From contig JBHLMN010000003.1 in NCBI GenBank assembly GCA_048938105.1, positions 128,001 through 192,000 of the forward strand: DNA of 64,000 nucleotides, read 5' to 3'. The position numbers were made by a program, and so were the translations under genes. Positions 1 through 10,065 of this stretch are shown here, in pieces. The notes below the pieces were generated by a model. The model saw nothing but the letters and a program-made list of their open reading frames with translations. It made no database searches and was not told where the DNA came from. Every line of letters starts with the position of its first letter. The stretch's first letter is position 1. This DNA comes from Promethearchaeota archaeon (GTDB lineage Archaea > Asgardarchaeota > Heimdallarchaeia > Hodarchaeales > Hodarchaeaceae).

Positions 1-569
1 CTTCTAAATAGTGCTCCTAAAACACGATCTTCATTTTTTCGAACTTGAGAAAGAAAGAACTCTATACTCCCACCTTCTTTTTTTTCGGAATAAATTACTC
101 TCTTCTCAATGATTTGTATTTCTGCAGTAGCCTCTCTTTCTGTTACCCGCCAATTGGTAAGAGCATTACCTAATTCCTTGGGAAAACTCAAAGCTCCAGT
201 ATAAACATAGTTCTGTTTGATTCTGTTAGCTAAGTCCTCAGCTTTAAACTTAAGGAATGGAACCTTATTGTAGAGGAAGACTTGCTGATCTAGAGGTAAT
301 ATATAAGATAAAGAAGCAATACATGTGGGTTCCGAGGCATTTGCCTGACGAATTTGGAATAAAAGAATGAAACCTAGTTTATTCAACCCAGAAAAGGGAA
401 GGATAGCCTCAGCAGATTCCAAGTCTGTAGTACTCATCATTGTTAAGGTCATTTGCGATCTACGGGCAATATGAGAGGCCTCTTCCTGACTAATTCCTCC
501 TGAGAAAAATACTGGAACAGAAAGCCCTTTTTGTTTATCAAAAACGCTAAATAAAATACCTCTATCCAT
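1..569 (-). CDS. DENN/longin-like domain protein, 3' end runs off the window (not in ORF track)
   Basis: Manual translation from ATG at 569: MDRGILFSVFDKQKGLSVPVFF...EAILPFSGLNKLGFILLFQI...CIASLSYILP...EDRVLGALFR, open to base 1. The N-terminal ILFSxFDxxxG pattern resembles uDENN/NPRL2-type longin domains. Confidence 0.6.
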   Translation of the reverse strand, partial: MDRGILFSVFDKQKGLSVPVFFSGGISQEEASHIARRSQMTLTMMSTTDLESAEAILPFSGLNKLGFILLFQIRQANASEPTCIASLSYILPLDQQVFLYNKVPFLKFKAEDLANRIKQNYVYTGALSFPKELGNALTNWRVTEREATAEIQIIEKRVIYSEKKEGGSIEFFLSQVRKNEDRVLGALFR

Positions 570-804
570 CAAGGTTAATTTTCCTCTCAGAATTGAAATC
601 TATTCGAATTTTGAATATTTCCTTAAAATACTAGCTTTAATTCTAAACCAGAGTTCAGTTGATTTAAATCTTGCATCTTTTGAAAGTAAAGCAAAAAAGG
701 AGTTTTTAAGAGTATTTGATTAGAAAATCGAGGATAAATAACCTAAAACTCTAGATTACATTCTTTTATTGGAACAAATCCTTTTCAAGAGAATTTACAT
801 AGAA

Positions 805-1263
805 TCAAATTAAACTCCAGAAATCAATGATTTGTTGGGCATGTTCAGCAGTTCTTACTTTATCAAGACCTTCGTTTCCTCCAAAAATACCTTCGATTTT
901 TCCATTTTCATCAATCAAAAAGGTAATTCTGGAAACACGGTTTCCACGTTTATAAGTACCAAATTTTTTAGCTAATTCAAGGTTTTCATCCATAAGGAGG
1001 GGAAAAGGGAGATTGTACCTGTCTATAAATTTCTGATGTGATTTGGAGGTACCACCTGAAGACCCAAACACTTTTATTCCTTTATTTAGAAATACCTGAT
1101 AATTATCTCGGATGGAACACGCTTCTTTGGTGCAACCTGGAGTATTATCTTTAGGATAGAAGTATAGTACGTATTTATGCCCTTTTAAGGATTCAGAACT
1201 AATTATAACACCAGACTCCGTTTTTACTTTGAAACTAGGGGTATCATCACCAATTTTCAGCAT
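805..1263 (-). CDS. bcp: Peroxiredoxin Bcp/PrxQ
   Basis: YFYPKDNTPGCTKEAC motif. Confidence 0.95.
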   Translation of the reverse strand: MLKIGDDTPSFKVKTESGVIISSESLKGHKYVLYFYPKDNTPGCTKEACSIRDNYQVFLNKGIKVFGSSGGTSKSHQKFIDRYNLPFPLLMDENLELAKKFGTYKRGNRVSRITFLIDENGKIEGIFGGNEGLDKVRTAEHAQQIIDFWSLI

Positions 1264-1416
1264 TTTTTATACACCTAAGTATTTTTATTAAAACCAAATT
1301 AAAAAACTCTTGATATTTTTTCTTTATTCACAGTTAAAACAGAGTAAATTCTTAAGATTAGCGCTTTGATATTCAAAAAATCCAAAAATCGTTGAATTAA
1401 CTACAATTATAAAGAT

Positions 1417-3012
1417 GTGATACTTAGAATGAAAAAAAGAAAATACAGTACACCACTCGCAGAAGCAATACACATAGCTTATACGAGAGGTGAGGGTGAT
1501 GAAGATTTAGAGTCACTTGTACTTGTTGACAATGATAACAATCCGATTGGTCGTTTTATGCCTAATGATGCTTTAATTTTTGCGAATATTAGAGGTGAAC
1601 GAGAGGTTGAATTGACTCAAGCGCTTACATCCAAAAAATTTAGTCATTTTCAAACGGTGCCTCTCGATCTCTGTGTTACGACAATGATTCAATACCATCC
1701 TGATCTCCCTGTAAATATTGCATTTCCTCCTACAGCTAATCTTAACAATACATTGACAGAATTCCTCAGTGAACATGGGATGCGAGTATTAAAATGTGTT
1801 GAAAGTGAAAAGGCTATTCATTTAACTTATTTCTTTAATGGAAAACAACATACTCAATTCAACAACGAGGATCGCCTAATTATTCCTTCCCATGAAACAG
1901 AAAATTTAGCAACTTTTCCAGAAATGAAATCTCACGAAGTAGCCAGCGAGACTATCAAAGCAATGAAAAAAGGGAGATATAACTTAATTGTTACGAATCT
2001 ATCTCCATGTGATGTCATGGGACATATTGAGAATAAATCTGTAGTTGGTAAGGCAATACGTACGGTTGATGAGGAACTAGGGAATATAGTAGGTTCAGCG
2101 ATTATTTCTGGGTACACGGTTTTTGTAACGGCGGATCATGGAGTTGCAGAATCATGGCTTTATCCTGATGGAGCTATTGATACTGGGCATACTTCTAATC
2201 CAGTACCTTTTTTATTAATTTCTGAAAAGATTAATGAGCTGAAATTAAGAAGTGATGGTTCTCTGGTTGACATTGCTCCAACTATTTTAGAAATCATGGG
2301 ATTAGAAAAACCACTGGAAATGGAAGGAAAAACTCTCCTGAAAGACACGATGCAATATAAGAGCCAAAGAGTTCTTCTTTTAATCTTAGATGGATGGGGA
2401 TATAATCCGAATTCATATGGAAATTTATTCCTAGAATTTGGTACCCCAAATATGGACAATTTAAAAATTAAATACCCTTTTACAACTCTTATAGCCTCTG
2501 GGCCTCGTTTAGGTATGCCAGAAGGAACTGTTGGTAATAGTGAAATTGGTCACCTTCATATGGGGGTAGGGAGACGAGTAATTAGCGATCGTGTTAAGAT
2601 ATTTGAAGCCATTGATACAGGAGAATTTTTTCAGAATTCTGCTTTTCTAAAGGCTATAAACTATGCGAAGAATAATGAAACTTCATTGCATCTGCTAGGG
2701 ATTATTAGCTTCTATAGTTCCCATGGCTCAATTAAATATCTTGAGGCACTCATGGAGCTTGCCAAAAGAAAGAAAGTTGAAAAAGTTTATTTACATGGAA
2801 TGCTTGGCCGACGAGGTGAAAAACCTGAATCAGGAGCCCATTACGTAAATCAACTCGAACTTAAAGCCAAACAAATGGAAAATACGAAAGTAGTTTCCAT
2901 CATTGGTCGTCATTGGGCACTTGATAGAGAAGAGAATTGGGATAGAATTGTAAAAACATATGAAATGTTAGTAAAGGGTAAGGGAAGACAGATAGAAGAT
3001 ATAAATTCTTGA
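1417..3012 (+). CDS. gpmI: 2,3-bisphosphoglycerate-independent phosphoglycerate mutase (bacterial GpmI type), circularly permuted
   Basis: GpmI motifs present (ILDGWG, GNSEIGH, NIRGER, ESEKAIHLTYFFNG, PEMKS, CDVMGH, TADHG, HTSNPVP, DIAPT), but the canonical C-terminal part precedes the canonical N-terminal part. Confidence 0.88.
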   Translation: MILRMKKRKYSTPLAEAIHIAYTRGEGDEDLESLVLVDNDNNPIGRFMPNDALIFANIRGEREVELTQALTSKKFSHFQTVPLDLCVTTMIQYHPDLPVNIAFPPTANLNNTLTEFLSEHGMRVLKCVESEKAIHLTYFFNGKQHTQFNNEDRLIIPSHETENLATFPEMKSHEVASETIKAMKKGRYNLIVTNLSPCDVMGHIENKSVVGKAIRTVDEELGNIVGSAIISGYTVFVTADHGVAESWLYPDGAIDTGHTSNPVPFLLISEKINELKLRSDGSLVDIAPTILEIMGLEKPLEMEGKTLLKDTMQYKSQRVLLLILDGWGYNPNSYGNLFLEFGTPNMDNLKIKYPFTTLIASGPRLGMPEGTVGNSEIGHLHMGVGRRVISDRVKIFEAIDTGEFFQNSAFLKAINYAKNNETSLHLLGIISFYSSHGSIKYLEALMELAKRKKVEKVYLHGMLGRRGEKPESGAHYVNQLELKAKQMENTKVVSIIGRHWALDREENWDRIVKTYEMLVKGKGRQIEDINS

Positions 3013-3023
3013 TAAACATTCTA

Positions 3024-3455
3024 TCACGAATTATGATTCGATACTGTTTTGATGAAATTGGTAATTTGAAATAAAAGCTTTGGAATACTATTATATGAGT
3101 GAAGTGTGAGATTTGGAGAGGTGTTTCCCAAAATCATTGCTGATATAACTCTGTTTCCTTCATAAACTGCTAATACGGGTTTATTGAGATTTAAGGCTGT
3201 TGCTATTTCATAACCAACTCCTAAGCTGGGAATTGATACTTCAGCTATCATAATATCACATATTTGCAGCCAATTTATATCTTGGGTGAAAATCTCTGCA
3301 TTAGACATTGAATTTTCAATTTCAATCACATTGGGTGAAGCAACATGATGAGTTAAAACTTCGTGGCCATTGCTTTGGAGATGGTCATAAATTAGTGCAT
3401 AATTAGCCTGCAGCTCACGGCCTCCACGAATCGACGCGGATAGATAGATCTTCAA
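3024..3455 (-). CDS. Nucleoside 2-deoxyribosyltransferase family / DNPH1(Rcl)-like deoxynucleotide N-hydrolase
   Basis: KIYLSASIRGGR, DINWL..CD...AEVSIPSLGVGYE, SAMI motifs; TTG start. Confidence 0.85.
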   Translation of the reverse strand: MKIYLSASIRGGRELQANYALIYDHLQSNGHEVLTHHVASPNVIEIENSMSNAEIFTQDINWLQICDIMIAEVSIPSLGVGYEIATALNLNKPVLAVYEGNRVISAMILGNTSPNLTLHSYNSIPKLLFQITNFIKTVSNHNS

Positions 3456-4234
3456 TTAATCATCTCCTCTTTCTTTTTCGCATTAAGTAAAAGCTGACAT
3501 AATTCTCGTACTTTCGTATCAGCCGTCTCTTGAGCTAATAAATTGAGTATTTTCATTAATTGCGCTTTTTCAACTAATACTATTTGATTTTTCTTACAAA
3601 AATCTTTTATCTGACGATCTAGAATAGGATTGGAATGTAAAAGAGCTGCAAGAATTTGGAAAACTGTATTATCTTTGCGGCCTTTTCTTAGAGCTTTAAG
3701 AGCCTTATTAGGAGATTTATGGAAGTTTCCAGAACGATAGACTGAAATAATTACAGGATACCAATCTTTGGCTCGTGTTTTCAGCCAATCCTGAATTTCC
3801 TTAATATCATTAATTCTTTCTTCCCAGTGCTTTTTAAATTGCTCATCAGGAAATCCTAACTCAGGCCACGCTTGAATCTTGGCCAATAATTCTACATATT
3901 CCTGGTAACGCGAAATTTGAGCCTCTCTCTCTCGGATACTAAATTCTAACGTCCCTAGAATAAACCCAGGAGAAAATTCTTTCAAGCTAGATTCAAGGCT
4001 TTCTGTAAATATAATTGCTTTACCTTGGTTTAGAATTTCACGATTTTTCTCTAATACTTGTTTAGATTTCATAGGAATTTCTTTTGGGTGGTGATCAAGA
4101 TAATCTAACGCCCAAAAAAGGAACATAGCTTCAAGTTGAAACTTTGTAGAGCGTATAAAATTCGCTAGATCTTCTGGCTTTTCGTTAAGAAGAAGCGCTT
4201 TTACCTGTTCAAAATCAATTTTGGGATCAACCAA
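3452..4234 (-). CDS. Hypothetical helical protein
   Basis: 260-aa ORF co-directional with both neighbours; 4-bp overlap with the downstream gene. Confidence 0.7.
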   Translation of the reverse strand: MVDPKIDFEQVKALLLNEKPEDLANFIRSTKFQLEAMFLFWALDYLDHHPKEIPMKSKQVLEKNREILNQGKAIIFTESLESSLKEFSPGFILGTLEFSIREREAQISRYQEYVELLAKIQAWPELGFPDEQFKKHWEERINDIKEIQDWLKTRAKDWYPVIISVYRSGNFHKSPNKALKALRKGRKDNTVFQILAALLHSNPILDRQIKDFCKKNQIVLVEKAQLMKILNLLAQETADTKVRELCQLLLNAKKKEEMIN

Positions 4235-4302
4235 GTTCCTTCAAACCAAAATAACCAGAGAGAAGTAATCCTGAATAAAAAAAGAGAAAAAATGGTTGTA
4301 TC

Positions 4303-6507
4303 TCAACCAAGTAACATTCGGTAGACATCTTTAGGATCATGTTCACCAGGAGCTCGGATTTTGAAGCGAATCTCAACCTTCTGTCCAGGTTGAACCTCAT
4401 TATAAATCCATTTCATTGCCTTACCATCTTTCACAGAAGAATGCTCCTCAAATCCAACGGGTGGATCTTCCTTTGTATCAGACACTAATTCGAAACCCTT
4501 GGGCAAGAAATCACTTACTTCTACATTTTTGATAACAGCAGTACCCTCATTTTCACCTCGAATGACAATTTCATACTCATTCAGGGCCTCACTGGAAGTT
4601 GAACGCACCATCTTACCAATTTTTAATTTACGGCGTTCATGTATAACGGTGATTGGACCTGCTTCTGCTTCAGCTGTAACAGGTTTAACTGGGGGAAAAA
4701 TATTTGCCAATACTGTGATATTTCCCAGAAATTCATCATCTGGTGTAGCAGTAGCGAAAAACGGATAAGTAATCAGGAGTTCTTCATCTTGTTTCAGTGT
4801 TCCAATATCCGAATATTCGAGACGTTCTATTGTTATAATCAAATTACCATCCGTCACTTCCAAATTATAATCATCGTCTGAAACCTGTTTAGCACCTTTT
4901 ATAATCGAAATAACCTCTTTAGTTGGAGGTTCAAAGCCTTCTGGAATCTGATCTTGGAGTTGTAGATATTCAACATCTGTACTTCCAGTAGATCGAATAA
5001 CATTTTCAGTTTTAACCTCTGTACGCCTATAAGAAGGTATTACAAGAGGTGAGAAAGACTTTGAGACTTCAATATCCATAAATCGTAGTGCATAACCAGG
5101 GAGAGTACATTCAGCTACTATCTCAGCATCATATAGATATTTTACTGATAAATCCAGTTCACGACCAAATTGAGGAATAACTCCATCTTCTTCGACAGTG
5201 ATTGTCCATGGATCAAGACTGAATGTCTCACCAGGGTCAATAGACCGTTCCTCCTCAGGAAAATCACTGCCTAACCATTCTAGTCGAATATTTCCGTCTT
5301 CAAGAGGACCTTCATAAATCCTAACTTCCTTCAAATCCATCTCAAACTCGGAAGTGTTTTCTAATTCAAATTTACAGTCAAAATCACCAGGGTTCTCTTC
5401 CTGCTCATCGCGGGAGATAAATTGGAATACTGATGAAGAACCTGTAATTGTCTCTAGATTGATACCAGAAAGGCTTTTTTCAAAACATCTGTATGTAACA
5501 ACCGTATCTCCAACCTTATATGGTTCTGCTGTGTCTTCTGGTAGTGTAACTCGCATTTCGCAACTAGCCTTCGTTGTAGAATTTGCTGGAATTTCATCAA
5601 CTTTCCATTGAATGAATTCTCCTTCTTTATTGAATTCCCCATTTTCAGTTTGAAAATTTTCTACAATGGTAGAAGGATCAGAAATATGTTTTCTTAGAAC
5701 TACTTCTGTTAAAGACCAATCAAATTCATTAGTCAGTTCGATTGTGAAATGTATTCCTGTTTCAGTACCTCGAGCGAAGGTAGGAGGGGATTCTGGCTTG
5801 TCTAGATCCCAAAACTCTTCTTTAATTTTTACTCGTGGTGCTTCTACTTGGAAATCAAACTTTACACCTTTTGTTTCCTGCGCTGAGAGCTCTTTGATTC
5901 CAAATGAGTTACCAAAGACCACGATTTCTTGATCTTCACTACGATCGAAGGTTACTTCGTCTACACCTTCTAGGAAGGCATCTATCGCCCAAATTCGATC
6001 ATTTTTACCCATATTTGTGACACCGATTTCCCCCTTTCCTTGTAAAGATTCAATGGGTTCATCATTATCACCTATTAGATTGTTATCCTTATCAATTCGA
6101 TAGGTTAATGTTTCCCGCAATTTAACATTAAGCCCAGCTTGTTTTGCTTCATGTTCTTCTAAGGCACGAAAATCCTCCCTAGCTCTTGCTGCATCTTCTT
6201 CCGAAAAATCAGTTTCAGGAAGAGGAGTTCCTGATTCTCGAATGGCTTTGGCAGCATCACTTGCCTTATTTCTAGTACCTCGATCCTTGTCGTTTTTCCC
6301 GACCCTTTCAAGAACTTCAACAGCCTCTGGGTCGTTTAACTTAACAAGAGAATCAATGGCTTCTTTTCGTACATCTTTTTCATCATCTTGTTCGATAACC
6401 TTAAGCAGTGCTCGAAGAGCAGCTTTTGTACGAGTATTTCCCAGTGCTTCTGCTGATTCTTTTCGCTTATTTTTATCACTACTTTCCAAATTTTTCATTA
6501 CGGACAT
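4303..6507 (-). CDS. HEAT-repeat protein with beta-sandwich domains (mu-homology-like and DUF11-like)
   Basis: N-terminal HEAT/PBS repeats (RKESAEALG, VRKEAIDSL, TRNKASDA) followed by ~600 aa of acidic beta-rich sequence; no signal peptide visible. Confidence 0.7.
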   Translation of the reverse strand: MSVMKNLESSDKNKRKESAEALGNTRTKAALRALLKVIEQDDEKDVRKEAIDSLVKLNDPEAVEVLERVGKNDKDRGTRNKASDAAKAIRESGTPLPETDFSEEDAARAREDFRALEEHEAKQAGLNVKLRETLTYRIDKDNNLIGDNDEPIESLQGKGEIGVTNMGKNDRIWAIDAFLEGVDEVTFDRSEDQEIVVFGNSFGIKELSAQETKGVKFDFQVEAPRVKIKEEFWDLDKPESPPTFARGTETGIHFTIELTNEFDWSLTEVVLRKHISDPSTIVENFQTENGEFNKEGEFIQWKVDEIPANSTTKASCEMRVTLPEDTAEPYKVGDTVVTYRCFEKSLSGINLETITGSSSVFQFISRDEQEENPGDFDCKFELENTSEFEMDLKEVRIYEGPLEDGNIRLEWLGSDFPEEERSIDPGETFSLDPWTITVEEDGVIPQFGRELDLSVKYLYDAEIVAECTLPGYALRFMDIEVSKSFSPLVIPSYRRTEVKTENVIRSTGSTDVEYLQLQDQIPEGFEPPTKEVISIIKGAKQVSDDDYNLEVTDGNLIITIERLEYSDIGTLKQDEELLITYPFFATATPDDEFLGNITVLANIFPPVKPVTAEAEAGPITVIHERRKLKIGKMVRSTSSEALNEYEIVIRGENEGTAVIKNVEVSDFLPKGFELVSDTKEDPPVGFEEHSSVKDGKAMKWIYNEVQPGQKVEIRFKIRAPGEHDPKDVYRMLLG

Positions 6508-6774
6508 ATTAATCCCTTCAACACTTATGTATGCGTATTAATTCCGTTTAAATCACAAATTTAATAGATTGGATCAATTATTCTTATGTTATAAATACTT
6601 AATAACCGCCATCAGCTACTAACAATCATTGAACCATAAATCCTTGATATTAGGTAACGAAGAATTTCATTATTAAAACCATTTTATCATAAAAAATATT
6701 AGCATTTATTTCCAAATTTAAAACGACAAAAAAACCTAAGTACTAATACTCGAATTTTATAAATTCGTTTTGTA

Positions 6775-8049
6775 TTAATGAAAATGTCCAAGTAGTCCTT
6801 TCGCTTGTACTCGCCAAGTAGACAACCTTTTTTTAGAAAACCGTGTTTTTCTAGCTAATTCTTCCAATTCATATTCTACTAAGTCTTTTAGAGTTAATAC
6901 ACCAACGGTATTTAATCGTTGAGCTGTTTTAACCCCTACTCCTGAAATCGAGGTGAGCTGAGCACCATCAGCAGGGATTCGAGTTGGAGGGGTTATTCCA
7001 TCGGGTTTTTGACTAATAAATATTGTAGCACTCTTTTTCCATTTATTATAAGTATTTTCACTAGTTGAATCCTCAAATAATGTAAAAGATGAATCTAATA
7101 GATCTTTTACAGTCATAATCCCTCGTTGATTTAATTTCTGAGCTGTTTTAACTCCAATCCCCTTGATACTAGTAACTGGTTGAGCAAAAGGGTCGATTGT
7201 TTCTGGTTCTATAACCTCGGGTAGAACTATAGATTTTCCTATAGAAGAAAGAACTTTAGATAAGCGAGACATCGACATCCTCAAGGTTTTTCTCAGAGCT
7301 TCTAAATCATCGAAGTTTTCAAGATCTAATTTTGAAGTGATTCCAAGTTTAGCTAGTCTCTCAACTGATTTTGATCCAATCCCTTTGATAGACAGTAAGT
7401 CACTTGGTGGGATTGTAACATCCTCATCAGGGCGTTCAACTTCCTTACTTATGAGAAATTCAGCATCTTGAAGCATATGTATCAATTTAGTATCACTTAT
7501 CCGCATAACTTCAGCAAGAGAAACACGATCAGGATAATCTAAGAATTCTGAAATTGTAAAGACTTGGATTTTCACCAAGCGGGATGCGTAAGTCTTTCCA
7601 ATTCCCTTTATCGCTATTACAGATATTTTACTTGCCAAAATTCGCACTTCAGGAACAGGGAGAGGAATCCCTTGCTCTTCTAAAAGTTCCAAGGGACTTG
7701 TAGCAGCAAAGAGCATAGGCGGATCAATTCTCTCCTTGTGTTCCACATAAAAATGCTGACCAAAGGTTTCAGTATCTGCCTCCACTTGAATCCGCCAAAC
7801 ACCGAGATGTTCATTACGGATTGTATGTGGGATTGGCCAATCAAGTATAATTCCCTTATTAGATCCTTTTCCATAACGGTTCAATCGGGAATTGTTCCGA
7901 TGGTCTAAGACCTGTAAACGATAGTGATCTGGAATCTGTTCACCGAATTTCACATGGATGTTTATTCTTTCTCCTGGAACAAAGGCAAAAACATTATGCA
8001 TGGGTTCCTTCGTTTTCCGAATGGAGATTGTAGACATAGTTATACACAT
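6775..8049 (-). CDS. Multi helix-hairpin-helix protein with N-terminal Ig/MG-like domain
   Basis: Four HhH units: IKGIGKT, IKGIGSK, IKGIGVK, ISGVGVK. Confidence 0.8.
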   Translation of the reverse strand: MCITMSTISIRKTKEPMHNVFAFVPGERINIHVKFGEQIPDHYRLQVLDHRNNSRLNRYGKGSNKGIILDWPIPHTIRNEHLGVWRIQVEADTETFGQHFYVEHKERIDPPMLFAATSPLELLEEQGIPLPVPEVRILASKISVIAIKGIGKTYASRLVKIQVFTISEFLDYPDRVSLAEVMRISDTKLIHMLQDAEFLISKEVERPDEDVTIPPSDLLSIKGIGSKSVERLAKLGITSKLDLENFDDLEALRKTLRMSMSRLSKVLSSIGKSIVLPEVIEPETIDPFAQPVTSIKGIGVKTAQKLNQRGIMTVKDLLDSSFTLFEDSTSENTYNKWKKSATIFISQKPDGITPPTRIPADGAQLTSISGVGVKTAQRLNTVGVLTLKDLVEYELEELARKTRFSKKRLSTWRVQAKGLLGHFH

Positions 8050-8292
8050 TATAATATTTTCTTAATGGAGTTTGATCATTTATCTATCAAGATGATACTG
8101 TATGAATCTTAGATTTATGATAATTTTAATATTTAACACTCCTATAAATGTAACGCAAGTAGTAATTAAGATTACTACTTAATATGCTAAAACCTTTGAT
8201 TCATCAGCTGAGAAAGAAATAAGCATTAAATAAACTAAATAATTTCAATCATGAGCTTTTTCATTGATCCATTAAAGAGGACATTCAAATTG

Positions 8293-8680
8293 TCATTTTT
8301 TTCTTGATTTGAATTTCTGTACAAGAATAATCAAGGTATAAACAAATCCAAACAAGAAAAAAGTTATTCCTACAATGTTGAAAATCAAAGCAACATTTGT
8401 TATTAATCGAATGTAGGGAGTATCTATGTTTTCTATAAAATCACTCATTATTAAGGTAATACTACTAAGAAAAAACAGTACCGCAATAACATAAATTCTT
8501 TCTTCTTTCTTCAAAAGCAAAATACAACACATCTAGAGGAAAAAATATCTTATTATAACAACTAATATCTAAAACCATTGGATTCATAATAAATAGCTTT
8601 GTTTCTATTACACTCACTATAAAGAATATCAGTAAATATATCAATATACAGCTATAAATAATCTCCCTACAAATATCCAA
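8293..8680 (-). pseudogene. Probable frameshifted small membrane protein (two overlapping hydrophobic ORF fragments)
   Basis: 8465..8680 and 8293..8532 are both hydrophobic and overlap in different frames downstream of tmk. Confidence 0.35.
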
Positions 8681-8708
8681 CCAGGGGTAGGAAGGTTTAT
8701 TACTAAAT

Positions 8709-9335
8709 TTAAGAGCCTCTTATAATTTCAGAATCAAGTTGAACAAGAATTTGATGAATTTGAATCCAAACTTCATTGGGAGAAGCATCCCCATCAATTT
8801 GAAACCAGTTTTTTCTCTGTGTCACTGATTGCATTTTATATCTCATTTTCTTCAATCGTGATAAGCTTTCAAACATTTCCTGCTTCTCACCCCGTTTAGA
8901 GATTCTTTCTCTAGCAACTTCAGGGGTGACATCTAAAAAGAAAAAATACCGACTAGTAGGTAAAAAGCTTTCAAAAAAGTTATATCCGAAAAGAACTATT
9001 GGAGAAGGTAGATAACAAACTCCTAGAAGATAACGAGAGAAAATAATGACTTCTTCACCATTATGGCGATAAAATTTCAGCAGGGATCTGATAACATCAA
9101 TGGCATAGAAAAATGCAGCTTTTAAATGGCCTTTCTTCCCTCCTTCCTTTAAAGCAGACTTTGCAAAGCGACCAAAAGGGTTATCGATTGAAGGATGACT
9201 CCTAATACGAACCTTCATTCCTTTATTAAAGTAATAGCGAGCAACTAGCTTTGCTTGGGTATCTTTACCACAACCATCACCACCATCTATCACAATAAAT
9301 AATGGATTGGACTCTGGTATTCTGTTACTTTCCAT
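8709..9335 (-). CDS. tmk: Thymidylate kinase
   Basis: FIVIDGGDGCGKDTQ P-loop; FLDVTPEVARERI. Confidence 0.85.
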   Translation of the reverse strand: MESNRIPESNPLFIVIDGGDGCGKDTQAKLVARYYFNKGMKVRIRSHPSIDNPFGRFAKSALKEGGKKGHLKAAFFYAIDVIRSLLKFYRHNGEEVIIFSRYLLGVCYLPSPIVLFGYNFFESFLPTSRYFFFLDVTPEVARERISKRGEKQEMFESLSRLKKMRYKMQSVTQRKNWFQIDGDASPNEVWIQIHQILVQLDSEIIRGS

Positions 9336-9687
9336 TAGGAGTCATTGTGAAGATTAATCGCACTGATTTTTGAATATTTCTTCATAAAGATCGTCTTTTC
9401 TTTTGAGATGAAACATTATTTAAGTTCAAGAAAAACAACCAAATTAAGAAGAGAGACCGTTAATTTTGGAAAAAATCAGTACTTATAATTGTTTGAGGTA
9501 ATCAAAAATCAGCTGATTCATTTTTACTTTATTTGAAGAGTGAAAATGTCACTCCTTTCCTCCTTAAGTCAATCCCAAAAATATTTGAAAGCATTCTTCA
9601 GTGTTCAAGTAAATAGGAAATTTTAGTGAACTAAATCTGTTCTGAATAATTTCAAAGAAATAAAATGTACATTATGAGGCAAATTAG

Positions 9688-10053
9688 TTGGTTAAAAAAG
9701 GAAAACAAAAGCCTAGTCCAGATACTGAAATTGTACGACGTACGCGTTACCCTAAAGGCGCTGAAGTTATTGGTGTTGTAATCCGTAATTTAGGTGCAAG
9801 AAGAATGGAAGTATTATGCTCTGATAGAGTAAAACGCACTGCACGTATCCCAGGACGATTCAGACGAGGGTATAGAATCACTGTGAACGATGTTGTCCTT
9901 GTTGAACCTTGGGCAGACCTGAAAGGAGACAAAGCAGATATTACTTATCGTTATAAGAAAAACGAAATCAGACCCCTAGCAAGAAGATTCTCTAAAGAAC
10001 TTGAATCTCTTGACATTGAAATACCTAAAACAGAAGCAAAACCGCGACCATAA
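9688..10053 (+). CDS. eif1a: Translation initiation factor aIF-1A
   Basis: EVIGVV..NLGARRMEVLCSD...RTARIPGRFRR...NDVVLVEPW...KADITYRY; TTG start. Confidence 0.93.
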   Translation: MVKKGKQKPSPDTEIVRRTRYPKGAEVIGVVIRNLGARRMEVLCSDRVKRTARIPGRFRRGYRITVNDVVLVEPWADLKGDKADITYRYKKNEIRPLARRFSKELESLDIEIPKTEAKPRP

Positions 10054-10065
10054 CATTAGATTCAA

